A stretch of 64,000 bases of DNA from an uncultured Gemmataceae bacterium (lineage in GTDB: Bacteria; Planctomycetota; Planctomycetia; Gemmatales; Gemmataceae). The notes under the pieces were generated by a model. That model saw only the letters and a list, made by a program, of their open reading frames with translations, was not told the DNA's origin and searched no databases. Of the stretch, positions 1 through 9,634 are shown piece by piece. Every line of letters begins with the position of its first letter. Within the stretch, counting starts at the first letter, position 1. Location of the stretch: NCBI GenBank assembly GCA_963750165.1, contig CAVVPN010000001.1:32001-96000 (forward strand). Direction: 5' to 3'. A program made the translations under genes and the position numbers.

Positions 1-1473
1 GCCCGAGGCCAGGTCCCAGGCGTGAACCGTGGCGCCGGCGGCGGCCGCGTTCACGAACCGGCCGCCGCGCTCGCTTTTCGCCCCGGCGAACAACGTCTTG
101 CCGTCCGGGGCGAAGGTCAGCGCCGCGGCGCCGGCCGGCGGCCCCTCGAACTGGGCCAATTCCTTGCCCGTGGCCGCGTCCCAGAGCCGCACCGTGCCGT
201 CCGCGCTGGCGGACGCCAGCACTTTGCCAGCCGGCGCGAACGCCACCGCCGTGACCGCGTCCGTGTGGCCCGCCAGGCAGCGCAGTTCCTTGCCGGTGGC
301 CGCGTCCCAGAGCCGCACTGTGCGATCCAGGCTGCCGGAGGCCACGCGCTTGCCGTTCGGGGCGAAGGCCACGCTGGTCACCTCCTTCCGGTGACCGCTG
401 CCGTGGCGGATTTCCTCCCCCGTGGCCATGTCCCAGAAGCGAATGGAGTCGGCCCAGCGTCCGGGCAGCAGGGCCAGCACCTTGCCGTCCGGGGAAATGC
501 GGCCCAGATACGGGTCGTTTTTCAGGTCATTCCGAAAGCGGCGGAGTTCCTTGCCGGTGATCGTGTCCCACAGCCGAGCCTCGGAGCCATCGCACGTGAC
601 CAGCCCCTTGCCGTCGGGGGTGAAGGCGAAGGTCGCATGGAGGGTCGCGAACTGGCAGCGTTCCGCGCCCGTGGCGAGATCGAACACCTGAATCGTACCG
701 TTCTTGTCCTGCACCGCGGCGGACTTGCCGTCCGCGGTAAAGGCCACGTGGCTGTTGGGGCGGGGGAGTTCGTGCAGCTTCTTGCGCGAGGCGACATCCC
801 AGACACAGATGAAGCCGGGGATGGTGCCCTTGTCTTTTTGGAAAGTCCCGCCCTCTGCTCCGGACAGTAACTGCTTGCCGTCCGCGCTGAATTGCAGCGA
901 GGTCAGGCTCACGCCGCGACCCGGGAACGGCGCCAGTTCCTTGCCCGTCGCAACCTCCCAGACGCGGATCGGGTTATGGTCTTTCCACTCGAAACAACCC
1001 GCCGCCAACAGGCTCCCGTCGGGGGAAAACGCGAAGGCGCGAATGTCGAGGCTTTTGCCAAAGGTGCGCAGCGCCTTCCCGGTGCGCCAGTCAAACAACT
1101 CGATCACCCCTCCCCGATTCACCGCCACGCTCTTGCCGTCCGGGGAGAACGTCGGTTGGGACAGTTGACGGTCGGGGAACGCCAGCCGGGTGATTTCCCT
1201 GGCGGTGGCCGTATCCCAGAAAATGAGCGCAACCCCATCCCGCTCGTAGGTGGACACCAGGACCGTTTTGCTGTCCGGCGCGTACGCCATGAAGCCCACC
1301 CCGCCCGGGAGGTGGAAGCGCCGGTTGCCCAGCCGAGCGACGGCCCCTTCGGGCAGCGGTACGCCGTGCAGGTCGGTGCGGCCGGGCGGTTGCTTCGGCT
1401 GACCGTGGGCCAGCGGCGGCAGCGCCAGGAGCGAGCAAATCACCAGCACGAGACGGCTGAGAAACAGCGACAT
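1..1473 (-). CDS. Secreted WD40-repeat (beta-propeller) protein, 3' end runs off the window
   Basis: ATG at 1473 with AAGGAGG RBS; signal peptide MSLFLSRLVLVICSLLALPPLAHG, then D-x-x-G-x-PLPEGAVARLG and repeated FSPDGK/LWD-type motifs; reads as open to position 1 (absent from ORF track because no stop in window). Confidence 0.85.
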   Translation of the reverse strand, partial: MSLFLSRLVLVICSLLALPPLAHGQPKQPPGRTDLHGVPLPEGAVARLGNRRFHLPGGVGFMAYAPDSKTVLVSTYERDGVALIFWDTATAREITRLAFPDRQLSQPTFSPDGKSVAVNRGGVIELFDWRTGKALRTFGKSLDIRAFAFSPDGSLLAAGCFEWKDHNPIRVWEVATGKELAPFPGRGVSLTSLQFSADGKQLLSGAEGGTFQKDKGTIPGFICVWDVASRKKLHELPRPNSHVAFTADGKSAAVQDKNGTIQVFDLATGAERCQFATLHATFAFTPDGKGLVTCDGSEARLWDTITGKELRRFRNDLKNDPYLGRISPDGKVLALLPGRWADSIRFWDMATGEEIRHGSGHRKEVTSVAFAPNGKRVASGSLDRTVRLWDAATGKELRCLAGHTDAVTAVAFAPAGKVLASASADGTVRLWDAATGKELAQFEGPPAGAAALTFAPDGKTLFAGAKSERGGRFVNAAAAGATVHAWDLASG

Positions 1474-1537
1474 GGGGTTCCTCCTTGAACAACGGTTCGT
1501 TCGGGATGGGTTTGGGCCGCCGCGGCAGTCAGGGCGT

Positions 1538-1649
1538 CAAGGTTCCTCCGCAACTCTTTCGTTATAATACAAACCACCCTCCCCGGAAGGTCCAGGGCGC
1601 CTTTCCAGGCAACGGACGGAGAGATGGCGAACCCCGTGCGCACCGTCAC
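1538..1649 (+). repeat. Diverged direct repeat copy A: promoter, RBS and first codons (MANPVRT) of the MBL-fold gene; partner 3673-3785
   Basis: CAAGGTTCCTC..CTTTCGTTATAAT..CCCCGGAAGG..ACGGACGG.GAGATGGCGAACCCCGTGCGCACC.TCAC present in both copies. Confidence 0.9.
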
Positions 1650-1652
1650 GGG

Positions 1653-3641
1653 TCAGCGCGGGTCACGGCCCTTTCCGGGGGCGTACAACAACACGTCGTC
1701 CACCAGCAATTCGGCCCCGCGCGGCAGCAGGAAGCGGATTTCCTCAATCCCGTCCAGGAGCCGCGGCGCCGCCAACTTGCCGTCGGCGCCGCGGCCGTCG
1801 CGGCTGAAGTCCGCCAGCGCTTCCGCCCAGGCGCCCTGCTTCAGTCCCTTCAGCGTGATGGTGTGGTGTACCTTCGCGGTGCGGTTGAGCAGCACCACAT
1901 CCAGCGCATCAGCCCCGGTCAGCCGGTAGCGGAAAAACAACGCCGTCGCCGCCCCCGCCGGCCGCGGGCCGCGGAACTGCAACTGTATCCAGGGGTCGCC
2001 CTGCGGCGTGCGCGGCACACTCTTCGCCGCCCGCCAGAAGGAGCCCTGTTTGTCCGCAATCGTGAAGCTCCCCAGCCATTCCTTGCCCTGCTTGCCGGTG
2101 TCGAACAGACCGGTGTACAGCAGCCGCTCCGGGAACGGCCGTTTCTCGCCCGCGGCCGGCGCGTCATACAACACGATGTCATCAATGAGCAGCTCGGCCC
2201 GCGGATCGACGTAGAACTGGATGTCGTCGATGCGCTCGTCCTGCGCCAGGGGACCGCCGCTGCCGTCCGGGCGGCGCACCTGCGTCATGTCCACGGTGCC
2301 CGTTCGCCACTGTCCCTGCGGCAGGCCCGTCAGCGTCAGGCAGCGGTGAAAGCCGCGCGTCAGGCTGTAAATCTGCACACGCAGCGTGTCGGTGCCCTTC
2401 AGCCAGTAACGGAAGCGCAGCCGCGGTTGCTTGCCCATCGGCGGCCCCGGCACCGGATTGAAGATGACGGCGGTGTACATTGTCTTCATGTCGCCCTGCA
2501 GGTCGTCGAAGTCCTGCGTCAGCACACCACGGCAGCAGCGCTTGCCGCCGCCAGCCGGTACGTTGACCGTCTCCGCCTTGCCGCACATCCACCAGCGCTT
2601 TTCGATGTCCGTCTCGAAATCCTCGAAGGCGTGGACACGGTTGGGCATGCCGTCGGCGGCAATGAGCCTGGACGGATTGGGCGGCGGCTTCGGCAGGACC
2701 GCCGGGCCGGCGGCGACGCGCTCAACGTACCACTTCAGGAACTCGTCAGCCTTGATGGCCGTCACGATCATGCCGTTGGCCTTGCCCTTGTTGATTGCCA
2801 GTTCCCCCGGGCTGGGCAGGTGCATCTTGACGCTCCGCGGCTCGCCGAAACGCGGCTCGAAACTCAGCCGCACGGCCACGGCACCCGCCAGTTTCGGCGT
2901 CACCCGGTCCACGAGTTGAAACAGGTTCTGCACCTGAAAGGTCAAGGGGGTACACGCCTGGAACAGGCGCTGCCGCAGCGGATCGGTCAACGCCAGCTCT
3001 TTCGTCGTCTCGGCAGGGACCACCAGCGGAAAAACGCCGACGGTGTCGAAGACCTGTTTCGCCGCCGCGGTATCCCGGTGGAAGTTGGGCTGACGGCTGG
3101 CGACCTTTGCGGAGGCCGGGCCGCCGCTGACGATGAGGCGCTTGATCCACGGCTTGCAGTCGGGATGCTCCTTCAGCAACCGGGCGACGTTCGTCAGCGG
3201 CCCCGTGGCCACCAGCGTCAACTCGCCGGGGTTGGCCTTGAACTGGCGGTACAGAAAGGCGACGGCGCTCTCCTTGAGCGGCTTGCTGGTGCGGTTAAAG
3301 ATGGCCGCGGGATGGCGGCGGTACTGGATTTGCCAGTCGAGTTGATCGTCGGCCTGCGGGTCCGCGCCGGCGGCCACGGGGATGTCACGGCGGCCCACCT
3401 GCGTCAGCAAGCGACACGCCAACCAGGCGCGATCGCTGGCGTTGCCGCCGCAGGTGGTGACGCCGCGCAGGTCCACCTCCGGGCTCGCCAGGGCCAGGGC
3501 CAGCGCACAGGCCCCGTCGATGCCGGTGCCGATGTCAATGTCCAGGAGGATCGGCACCTTCTTCGGCTGCTGGCCCGCGGCCGGCGCGGCGATGGCGAGC
3601 AGGACGGTCAGGACGGCTGGAAAGAAGATCAGGCGGCGCAT
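1653..3641 (-). CDS. Exported nucleoside-hydrolase-fold protein (degenerate active site) with two tandem C-terminal beta-sandwich/CBM-like repeats
   Basis: Signal peptide; ILLDIDIG, LRGVTT..GN, TGPLTNVA motifs; two C-terminal repeats (FRY.L.G.D.L.V ... L.QG.W ... AELL.DD..LY). Confidence 0.8.
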   Translation of the reverse strand: MRRLIFFPAVLTVLLAIAAPAAGQQPKKVPILLDIDIGTGIDGACALALALASPEVDLRGVTTCGGNASDRAWLACRLLTQVGRRDIPVAAGADPQADDQLDWQIQYRRHPAAIFNRTSKPLKESAVAFLYRQFKANPGELTLVATGPLTNVARLLKEHPDCKPWIKRLIVSGGPASAKVASRQPNFHRDTAAAKQVFDTVGVFPLVVPAETTKELALTDPLRQRLFQACTPLTFQVQNLFQLVDRVTPKLAGAVAVRLSFEPRFGEPRSVKMHLPSPGELAINKGKANGMIVTAIKADEFLKWYVERVAAGPAVLPKPPPNPSRLIAADGMPNRVHAFEDFETDIEKRWWMCGKAETVNVPAGGGKRCCRGVLTQDFDDLQGDMKTMYTAVIFNPVPGPPMGKQPRLRFRYWLKGTDTLRVQIYSLTRGFHRCLTLTGLPQGQWRTGTVDMTQVRRPDGSGGPLAQDERIDDIQFYVDPRAELLIDDIVLYDAPAAGEKRPFPERLLYTGLFDTGKQGKEWLGSFTIADKQGSFWRAAKSVPRTPQGDPWIQLQFRGPRPAGAATALFFRYRLTGADALDVVLLNRTAKVHHTITLKGLKQGAWAEALADFSRDGRGADGKLAAPRLLDGIEEIRFLLPRGAELLVDDVLLYAPGKGRDPR

Positions 3642-3672
3642 GGTCGTCTCCTGCGATACCGGGGCGGCGGGC

Positions 3673-3785
3673 CAAGGTTCCTCGCGGCAGCCCTTTCGTT
3701 ATAATAAAATCCACTGTCCCCGGAAGGCCCGGGGCGGCTCCCAGGAAACGGACGGCGAGATGGCGAACCCCGTGCGCACCTTCAC
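3673..3785 (+). repeat. Diverged direct repeat copy B (promoter and start of the intact MBL-fold gene)
   Basis: Matches 1538-1649; contains TATAAT -10 box and ATG 3760. Confidence 0.9.
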
Positions 3786-4545
3786 CTTCCTCGGCACCGG
3801 CACCTCCGTGGGTGTGCCGATGATCGGCTGCGACTGCGCCGTCTGCCGTTCGACCGACCCGCACAACCACCGCTACCGCTGCTCCGTGCTGATCGGCCTG
3901 CCGCAGGGCAACGTGCTCATCGACACCACGCCGGAACTGCGGCTGCAACTGCTGCGGGCCCGCGTCAAGTTGGTGCATGCCGTCCTGTACACGCACTACC
4001 ACGCGGACCACCTGTTCGGCCTTGATGATCTGCGGCCGATCCCGTGGCACCTCGGCGGCCCGGTGCCGCTGTACTGCTCCGCGGAGGTCGAGCGCAAGAT
4101 TCGGCAAGCGTTCGGCTACGCCTTCCAGCACACCAGCGAGGAGCAGCAGTTATACGTCCCGCGGCTCACCTTCGAGCGCGTCACCGACGACGAGCCGTTC
4201 ACGGTCCTGGGCCAGCGCGTGCTGCCGATTCCGCTAATTCACGGGCCGTTTTCGGTGTATGGTTTCCGGTTCGATGACGTGGCCTACTGCACGGACGTGA
4301 ACGAGATTCCGAAGGAGAGCTGGCCACGGCTGGAGGGCCTGCGTGTGCTGGTGCTCGACGCGCTGCGCTACAAGCCGCACCCGGCGCACTTCAGTCTGAA
4401 CGAGGCGCTGGAGGTCATCGACCGTGTGCGGCCCCAGCGGGCGTACCTGACGCACATGTCGCACGACATCGATCACGAGACGGTCAGCAAGCAGCTGCCG
4501 CCTAACGTGGAACTGGCTTACGACGGATTGTCGTTCGAGTTTTGA
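3760..4545 (+). CDS. MBL-fold metallo-hydrolase (PhnP-like phosphodiesterase family)
   Basis: FLGTGTSVGVP.IGC.C.VC, THYHADHLFGLDDLR, YLTHMSH, LAYDGL. Confidence 0.9.
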   Translation: MANPVRTFTFLGTGTSVGVPMIGCDCAVCRSTDPHNHRYRCSVLIGLPQGNVLIDTTPELRLQLLRARVKLVHAVLYTHYHADHLFGLDDLRPIPWHLGGPVPLYCSAEVERKIRQAFGYAFQHTSEEQQLYVPRLTFERVTDDEPFTVLGQRVLPIPLIHGPFSVYGFRFDDVAYCTDVNEIPKESWPRLEGLRVLVLDALRYKPHPAHFSLNEALEVIDRVRPQRAYLTHMSHDIDHETVSKQLPPNVELAYDGLSFEF

Positions 4546-4583
4546 CGCGAGCGGGCTGCTCGCCCGGGATGATGGGGAAAGCG

Positions 4584-5978
4584 ATGGTCGAGGTTCCTGA
4601 AGCACTGCGGGCGCGACTGCGGCAACACGGGCAGGAGCATGTGCTGCGCTGGTGGCCGGACCTCAGCGACGCCGAGCGGCGCGGCCTGCTCGGCCAGCTG
4701 GAGGCCCTGGACCTGGGCCAGCTGGCGCAGTTGTTCGGCCACCGCGACGAGACATTCACGCTGCCGCCGCTGGAGGCAATCGCGCCGGTGCCGGTGGCGC
4801 AGCTGGACGCGGCTGACCGGCAGACGCGGGCGCGCGGCGAGGACGCGCTGCGGCGCGGCGAAGTGGCGACGCTGGTGGTCGCGGGCGGCCAGGGCAGCCG
4901 GCTCGGCTTCGAGCACCCCAAGGGCATGTTTCCGATCTCGCCGGTGCGCGATCACACGCTGTTCCGGATTCACGCGGAAAAAGTGCTGGCGCTGGGCCGC
5001 CGCCATGGTAAAACGCCGCCGTTCCTGGTGATGACCAGCCCGGCGACGCACGACGAAACGGTGGCGTTCTTCGAGGAGCACCAGTGCTTCGGTCTGCCGC
5101 GCGACGGTGTGGAGTTCTTCTGCCAGGGCACGATGCCGGCGCTGGACATGGCGACGGGCAAGCTGCTGCTGGAGGAGCGCGGCAAACTGTTCACGAGCCC
5201 GAACGGCCACGGCGGCGTGCTGCTGGCGCTGGCGGACACGGGGCTGCTGGGTCGGTTGCGCGACCGCGGCGTTCGCACCATCTTCTATTATCAGGTGGAC
5301 AATCCGGTGCTGAAGATGGCGGACCCGCTGTTCCTGGGCCATCACCTGGCCGCCGGCGCGGAGGTCTCGACCAAGGTGGTGGCGAAGGAGGGGCCGAAGG
5401 ACAAACTCGGCAACCTGGTGCTGATCCACGGCCGCTGCGGCATCATCGAATACTCGGACCTGCCGGACGAACTGGCCAACGCCCGGGACGAGCAGGGCCG
5501 GCTGCGCTTCCGTGTTGGCAACCCCGCCATTCACCTGTTCGCGGTGGACTTTCTGGAGCGCGTGTCGCAGGGGGCGGGGCGGATTCCGTTCCACGTCGCC
5601 CGCAAGAAGGTGCCGTACCTGGACGCCGCCGGCCACCTGGTGCAACCGCAGCAGGAGAACGCGCTGAAGTTCGAGATGTTCATCTTCGACGTGCTGCCGC
5701 GGGCGGAGCGCTGGGCCGTGGTGGAGACGACGCGCCGCGAGGATTTCGAGCCGCTCAAGAACGCGACCGGGCCGGACTCGCCGGAGACAGTGCGGCAGGC
5801 GATGAGCAACCTCGCCGCGGACTGGCTGGAGCGGGCTGGCGTGCGCGTGCCGCGGACGCCGCGCGGCGACGCCGCGGTGCCGCTGGAGATCAGCCCGCTG
5901 TTCGCGCTGGACGCCGAGGAGCTGGCGGCGAAGGTGCCGCGCGGCAGCGCCGTGGCGGGGCCGACGTATTTTGGATAG
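4584..5978 (+). CDS. UDP-N-acetylglucosamine pyrophosphorylase, UDPGP type 1 / UAP1-like family
   Basis: AGGQGSRLG..HPKG, SPNGHGG, QVDN, IIEYSD, KFEMFIFD, FEPLKN. Confidence 0.9.
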   Translation: MVEVPEALRARLRQHGQEHVLRWWPDLSDAERRGLLGQLEALDLGQLAQLFGHRDETFTLPPLEAIAPVPVAQLDAADRQTRARGEDALRRGEVATLVVAGGQGSRLGFEHPKGMFPISPVRDHTLFRIHAEKVLALGRRHGKTPPFLVMTSPATHDETVAFFEEHQCFGLPRDGVEFFCQGTMPALDMATGKLLLEERGKLFTSPNGHGGVLLALADTGLLGRLRDRGVRTIFYYQVDNPVLKMADPLFLGHHLAAGAEVSTKVVAKEGPKDKLGNLVLIHGRCGIIEYSDLPDELANARDEQGRLRFRVGNPAIHLFAVDFLERVSQGAGRIPFHVARKKVPYLDAAGHLVQPQQENALKFEMFIFDVLPRAERWAVVETTRREDFEPLKNATGPDSPETVRQAMSNLAADWLERAGVRVPRTPRGDAAVPLEISPLFALDAEELAAKVPRGSAVAGPTYFG

Positions 5979-6000
5979 GTTGACGCTGCCGTGGCGCCGG

Positions 6001-6597
6001 TCAATTTTCAAGACTCCCCGTGTCGTTCCACAAATGCACCACCGGCTCGTCCGGCCCGTGCAGGCTGCCCAGCACGCTCACGCTGGCAGTGCTCAGGTGG
6101 AACAAACGCCCCGCGCCCGGTTCCAGGCCGAGCCAGCGGGCCGTCAGCACGCACAGGATGTGGCCGCTGGAAAACACCAGCACGTTGCCGCCGACCGCCC
6201 GCAGCCGCGCCAGCACGCGGTCCGCCCGGGCGCCGATTTCCGCCACGCTTTCGCCGCCCGGACAGCCATCGCGGAACAGCTGCCAGTCCGGCCGCTGCCG
6301 CCGAATCTCCGCGGTTGTCTTGCCCTCGTAGTCGCCGTAGTTCCATTCCACCAGGTCCGGGTCGATCTCGGCACGGCCTCCGAAGCCGGCCAGCTCGCAG
6401 GTGCGGCTGGCGCGCTGCAGCGGACTGGTGAACACGCGCGCGACGCTCAGGCCGCGCAGGCGCTCGCCGAGCTGCCGACCCCTTTCCTCGCCGCGCGGCA
6501 CCAGTGGCAGGTCCGTCAAGCCGGTATGCTGGCCGGACAGGCTCCAGGCTGTCTCGCCGTGACGGACCAGGTACAGCAGGGGCTGTGGTGAACTCAT
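6001..6597 (-). CDS. Histidine phosphatase (phosphoglycerate mutase) family protein
   Basis: [26 protein letters not shown]. Confidence 0.9.
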   Translation of the reverse strand: MSSPQPLLYLVRHGETAWSLSGQHTGLTDLPLVPRGEERGRQLGERLRGLSVARVFTSPLQRASRTCELAGFGGRAEIDPDLVEWNYGDYEGKTTAEIRRQRPDWQLFRDGCPGGESVAEIGARADRVLARLRAVGGNVLVFSSGHILCVLTARWLGLEPGAGRLFHLSTASVSVLGSLHGPDEPVVHLWNDTGSLEN

Positions 6598-7982
6598 GGT
6601 TTTCCCTCCGCCTCGATCATCGGGTTGTGCCAGCCGCCGGGTGGGACGATCTTCTGTTCAACCTCGGCCGGTCCCCAGGTGCCGGGCTCATACTCATACA
6701 GCGGCGCCTGGTTGCCGAGCACCGGCTCGACGATCCGCCAGGCTTCCTCCACGTTATCTTCGCGGGCGAACAGCGTCGCGTCCCCCTTCATGGCGTCGCC
6801 AAGCAACCGCTCATAGGCGTCCATTTCGTGCTTGTCGGGGTGGTGCGCGGCCAGCAGCTCCGCCGCCTCGCCCACCATTACGTCGCCCGGCGACTTGACC
6901 ATCGTGCCCAGGGCGATTTCCACGTCCGGGCTGATGCGGAAGCGGTAGTAGTTGGCCGGCGGCGGCTCCGGCGAGTAGATCGGCGGCGTCCGGCGCAACC
7001 GCACGTACACCTCGGTGCAGGTCACCGGCAGACACTTGCCGGCGCGGAGGAAAAAGGGCACGCCCTGCCAGCGCCACGAGTTGATCTCCAGCCGCAGGGC
7101 CGCGAACGTCTCGACCTGCGAGTCCGGTGCCACGCCCGGCTCGGCGCGGTAGCCGCGGAACTGGCCGCGCACCACGTCCCAGGGCCGCAGCGGCGGCACC
7201 GCCTTGAGCACCTTCACTTTTTCGTCGCGGACGGATTCGCTGTCGATGCCGGCCGGCGGCTCCATCGCCAGGTTGCTGAGGATTTGCAGCAGATGGTTCT
7301 GCATCACGTCGCGGATGGCGCCCGCCTCCTCGTAGAACTTGCCGCGGCCCTGCACGCCGAATTGTTCGGCCATCGTGATCTGCACGCTTTCGACGTAGTT
7401 GCGGTTCCAGATCGGCTCCAAAAAGGCGTTGGCGAAGCGGAAGTAGAGCAGGTTCTGCACCGGGTTTTTGCCGAGGTAGTGATCGATGCGGAAGACCGCC
7501 GACTCGTCGAAGGTGCCGAGCAACGTGCGGTTGAGCGACCGGGCCGACTCCAGGCTGCGGCCGAACGGCTTCTCCAGGATGACGCGGGCGCCGTGGGCAC
7601 AGCTGGACTTGCCCAGCTGCTCCACGACCAGCGGGAACAGCGATGGCGGAATGGCCAGGTAGTGGACCGGGTGATGGGCGTCGCCGAGTTGCTGCCGCAG
7701 TTCCTGGAAGGTCCGCGGGTCGGCGTAGTCGCCATCGACGTAGCGGAGCAGGCCGAGCAGCTTCTGGAACGCCGCCAGGTCGAGGCCGCCGTGCTTCTCA
7801 ACGCTGTCGCGGGCGCGGGCCTTGAACTGCTCCAGGCCCCAGCCGGACTTGGCGACGCCGACGACCGGCACGTCCAGGTGGCCGCGCTGCACCATCGCCT
7901 GCAGGGCGGGGAAGATTTTCTTGTAGGCCAGGTCGCCAGTGGCGCCGAAGAACACCAGGGCGTCGGAGTGCGCTGCGGTCAT
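6594..7982 (-). CDS. zwf: Glucose-6-phosphate 1-dehydrogenase
   Basis: [36 protein letters not shown]. Confidence 0.95.
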   Translation of the reverse strand: MTAAHSDALVFFGATGDLAYKKIFPALQAMVQRGHLDVPVVGVAKSGWGLEQFKARARDSVEKHGGLDLAAFQKLLGLLRYVDGDYADPRTFQELRQQLGDAHHPVHYLAIPPSLFPLVVEQLGKSSCAHGARVILEKPFGRSLESARSLNRTLLGTFDESAVFRIDHYLGKNPVQNLLYFRFANAFLEPIWNRNYVESVQITMAEQFGVQGRGKFYEEAGAIRDVMQNHLLQILSNLAMEPPAGIDSESVRDEKVKVLKAVPPLRPWDVVRGQFRGYRAEPGVAPDSQVETFAALRLEINSWRWQGVPFFLRAGKCLPVTCTEVYVRLRRTPPIYSPEPPPANYYRFRISPDVEIALGTMVKSPGDVMVGEAAELLAAHHPDKHEMDAYERLLGDAMKGDATLFAREDNVEEAWRIVEPVLGNQAPLYEYEPGTWGPAEVEQKIVPPGGWHNPMIEAEGKP

Positions 7983-8116
7983 GGTTGTCTTCCTTCCGAT
8001 TGTCGATGCAGCTGCCCGCGGACGCCGGCCGCGGAATTGACTGTCCGTTGTGGCCGTCGCGGGCGATAATACCCCAACCGAAGACCAGCCCATTCTACCA
8101 ACCAAGGGGGTGCAGC

Positions 8117-9157
8117 ATGAAACTGCGAAGCGCGCTGCTGGCGCTGGCGGTGACGGTGGCGGTGGGCGCCGTCGCCGTCCTCGGCAATCGGCAGCAGCCG
8201 GCCGACGCCAAGATGGTCAGCGCGGCCCAGAAATTTTTGACCAGCCTTGACGCCAAGCAGAAGGCCCGAACCGTCATCGCCTTCGACAGCCCGGAACGCA
8301 CCAACTGGTGGTTCGTGCCGCGCGAGGACGGCAAAAAGCACTCGATCCGCAAGGGCCTGCCGCTGATGGACATGACCGCCGACCAGAAGAAGGCGGCCCT
8401 GGACCTGCTGGCGACCGGCACCAGCGCAAAGGGTTACGTCCAGGCCACGACCATCATGAGCCTGGAGGGCATCCTCCGGGAGCAGGAGGCCGGCAAGAAG
8501 GGCACGCCGGTTCGCAACCCCGAGTGGTACTTCTTCACTGTTTTCGGAACGCCGGCCAACAAGGGCAAGTGGGGCTGGCGCGTCGAGGGCCATCACCTGT
8601 CCGTCAACTTCACCGTTGAGGATGGCGTGGTCAAGTCGGCGACGCCGTTTGTCTTCGGGGCCAACCCTGCCCAGATCAAGGGCGGGCCGAAGAAGGGCGA
8701 ACGCATTCTGCCGAAAGTCGAGGACTACGCGCGCGACCTGTTCAAGTCGCTCGACGCCGACCAGCGGAAGGTCGCCTTCCAGGAGAAGCCGTTTGGCGAA
8801 CCGCAGCAGAACACGGTGGCGCCGAAGCTGGGCGCCCCGAAGGGTTTGGCCGCGGCCAAGATGAACGAGCAGCAGCGCGTCACGTTGGTGAAGCTCCTGG
8901 AGGCGTACGCCAACCGCATGACGCCGGAGGTCGCCGCCCACGAAATGAAGGGCGTCCGCAGCGCTGGCATCGACAAGATTCACTTCGGCTACAGCGGCGC
9001 CACCGAGCCCGGCAAGGGCTACACCTACCGCGTGCATGGGCCGACGTTCGTCATTGAATTCCTGAACATGCAGGCCGACTCCGCCGGCAACCCGGCCAAC
9101 CACATCCACAGTGCCTGGCGCCGCATTGAGGGTGACTTCGGCATCAACAAGAAGTAA
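8117..9157 (+). CDS. Exported DUF3500-family protein
   Basis: Signal peptide; W.FVP...[38 protein letters not shown]. Confidence 0.85.
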   Translation: MKLRSALLALAVTVAVGAVAVLGNRQQPADAKMVSAAQKFLTSLDAKQKARTVIAFDSPERTNWWFVPREDGKKHSIRKGLPLMDMTADQKKAALDLLATGTSAKGYVQATTIMSLEGILREQEAGKKGTPVRNPEWYFFTVFGTPANKGKWGWRVEGHHLSVNFTVEDGVVKSATPFVFGANPAQIKGGPKKGERILPKVEDYARDLFKSLDADQRKVAFQEKPFGEPQQNTVAPKLGAPKGLAAAKMNEQQRVTLVKLLEAYANRMTPEVAAHEMKGVRSAGIDKIHFGYSGATEPGKGYTYRVHGPTFVIEFLNMQADSAGNPANHIHSAWRRIEGDFGINKK

Positions 9158-9177
9158 CCCTCCCGTAATGCAGACGG

Positions 9178-9208
9178 TCGCCTGCACCACACCAAGTGGT
9201 GCAGGCGA
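9178..9208 (+). terminator. Hairpin downstream of the DUF3500 gene
   Basis: TCGCCTGCACCAC-accaa-GTGGTGCAGGCGA perfect 13 bp stem; no U tract. Confidence 0.5.
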
Positions 9209-9351
9209 GCCGCCCGCACTGGGAAGCCTGTCAGGAAATCCGACACCCGCTGCTGGAATTGGGCACCGCTTACCGTTTCGCCATTTCAGCCACATTTCGT
9301 AAACATCTACAAATCCATCGCTTGTGTCAAATCATTCGCGACAATAGCGAG

Positions 9352-9367
9352 TGGCACGCTGGTTGCT
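9352..9367 (+). promoter_or_regulatory. Sigma-54 (-24/-12) promoter; candidate enhancer palindrome at 9229-9245
   Basis: TGGCAC-gctgg-TTGCT exact consensus; TGTCAGGAAATCCGACA (TGT-N11-ACA) upstream across an AT-rich spacer. Confidence 0.7.
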
Positions 9368-9634
9368 TTAAGAGGAAAAGTAGAAGGTTCATTTTGGTAG
9401 AAGTTAAACAATACACGGCGTCGCCAGCACCTATTCGCTCTCGCCCATTCAATTCGCCTTCGCTTCGCCCGGCCAGGAGGGCCTTAACTCTGCCCAGGAG
9501 TGCAACCTGGCCAAAGGAGATCAAGAAGTTGCCGGTCGCCCTCGCCCAAAGGGGAACGCCCAATCGAATCTACCCCGTTGCCCAGCACCGGTCGTCGCCC
9601 CAACTTCTTGATCTCCGCCGCCAGTGGTCTCTTC

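Noticed and set aside
1485..3704. Long ORFs antisense to real genes (e.g. 1485-3704, 6504-8069, 41578-44031, 52612-54591)
   Set aside because: Shadow frames typical of high-GC codon bias; no motifs; the opposite strand carries recognisable proteins
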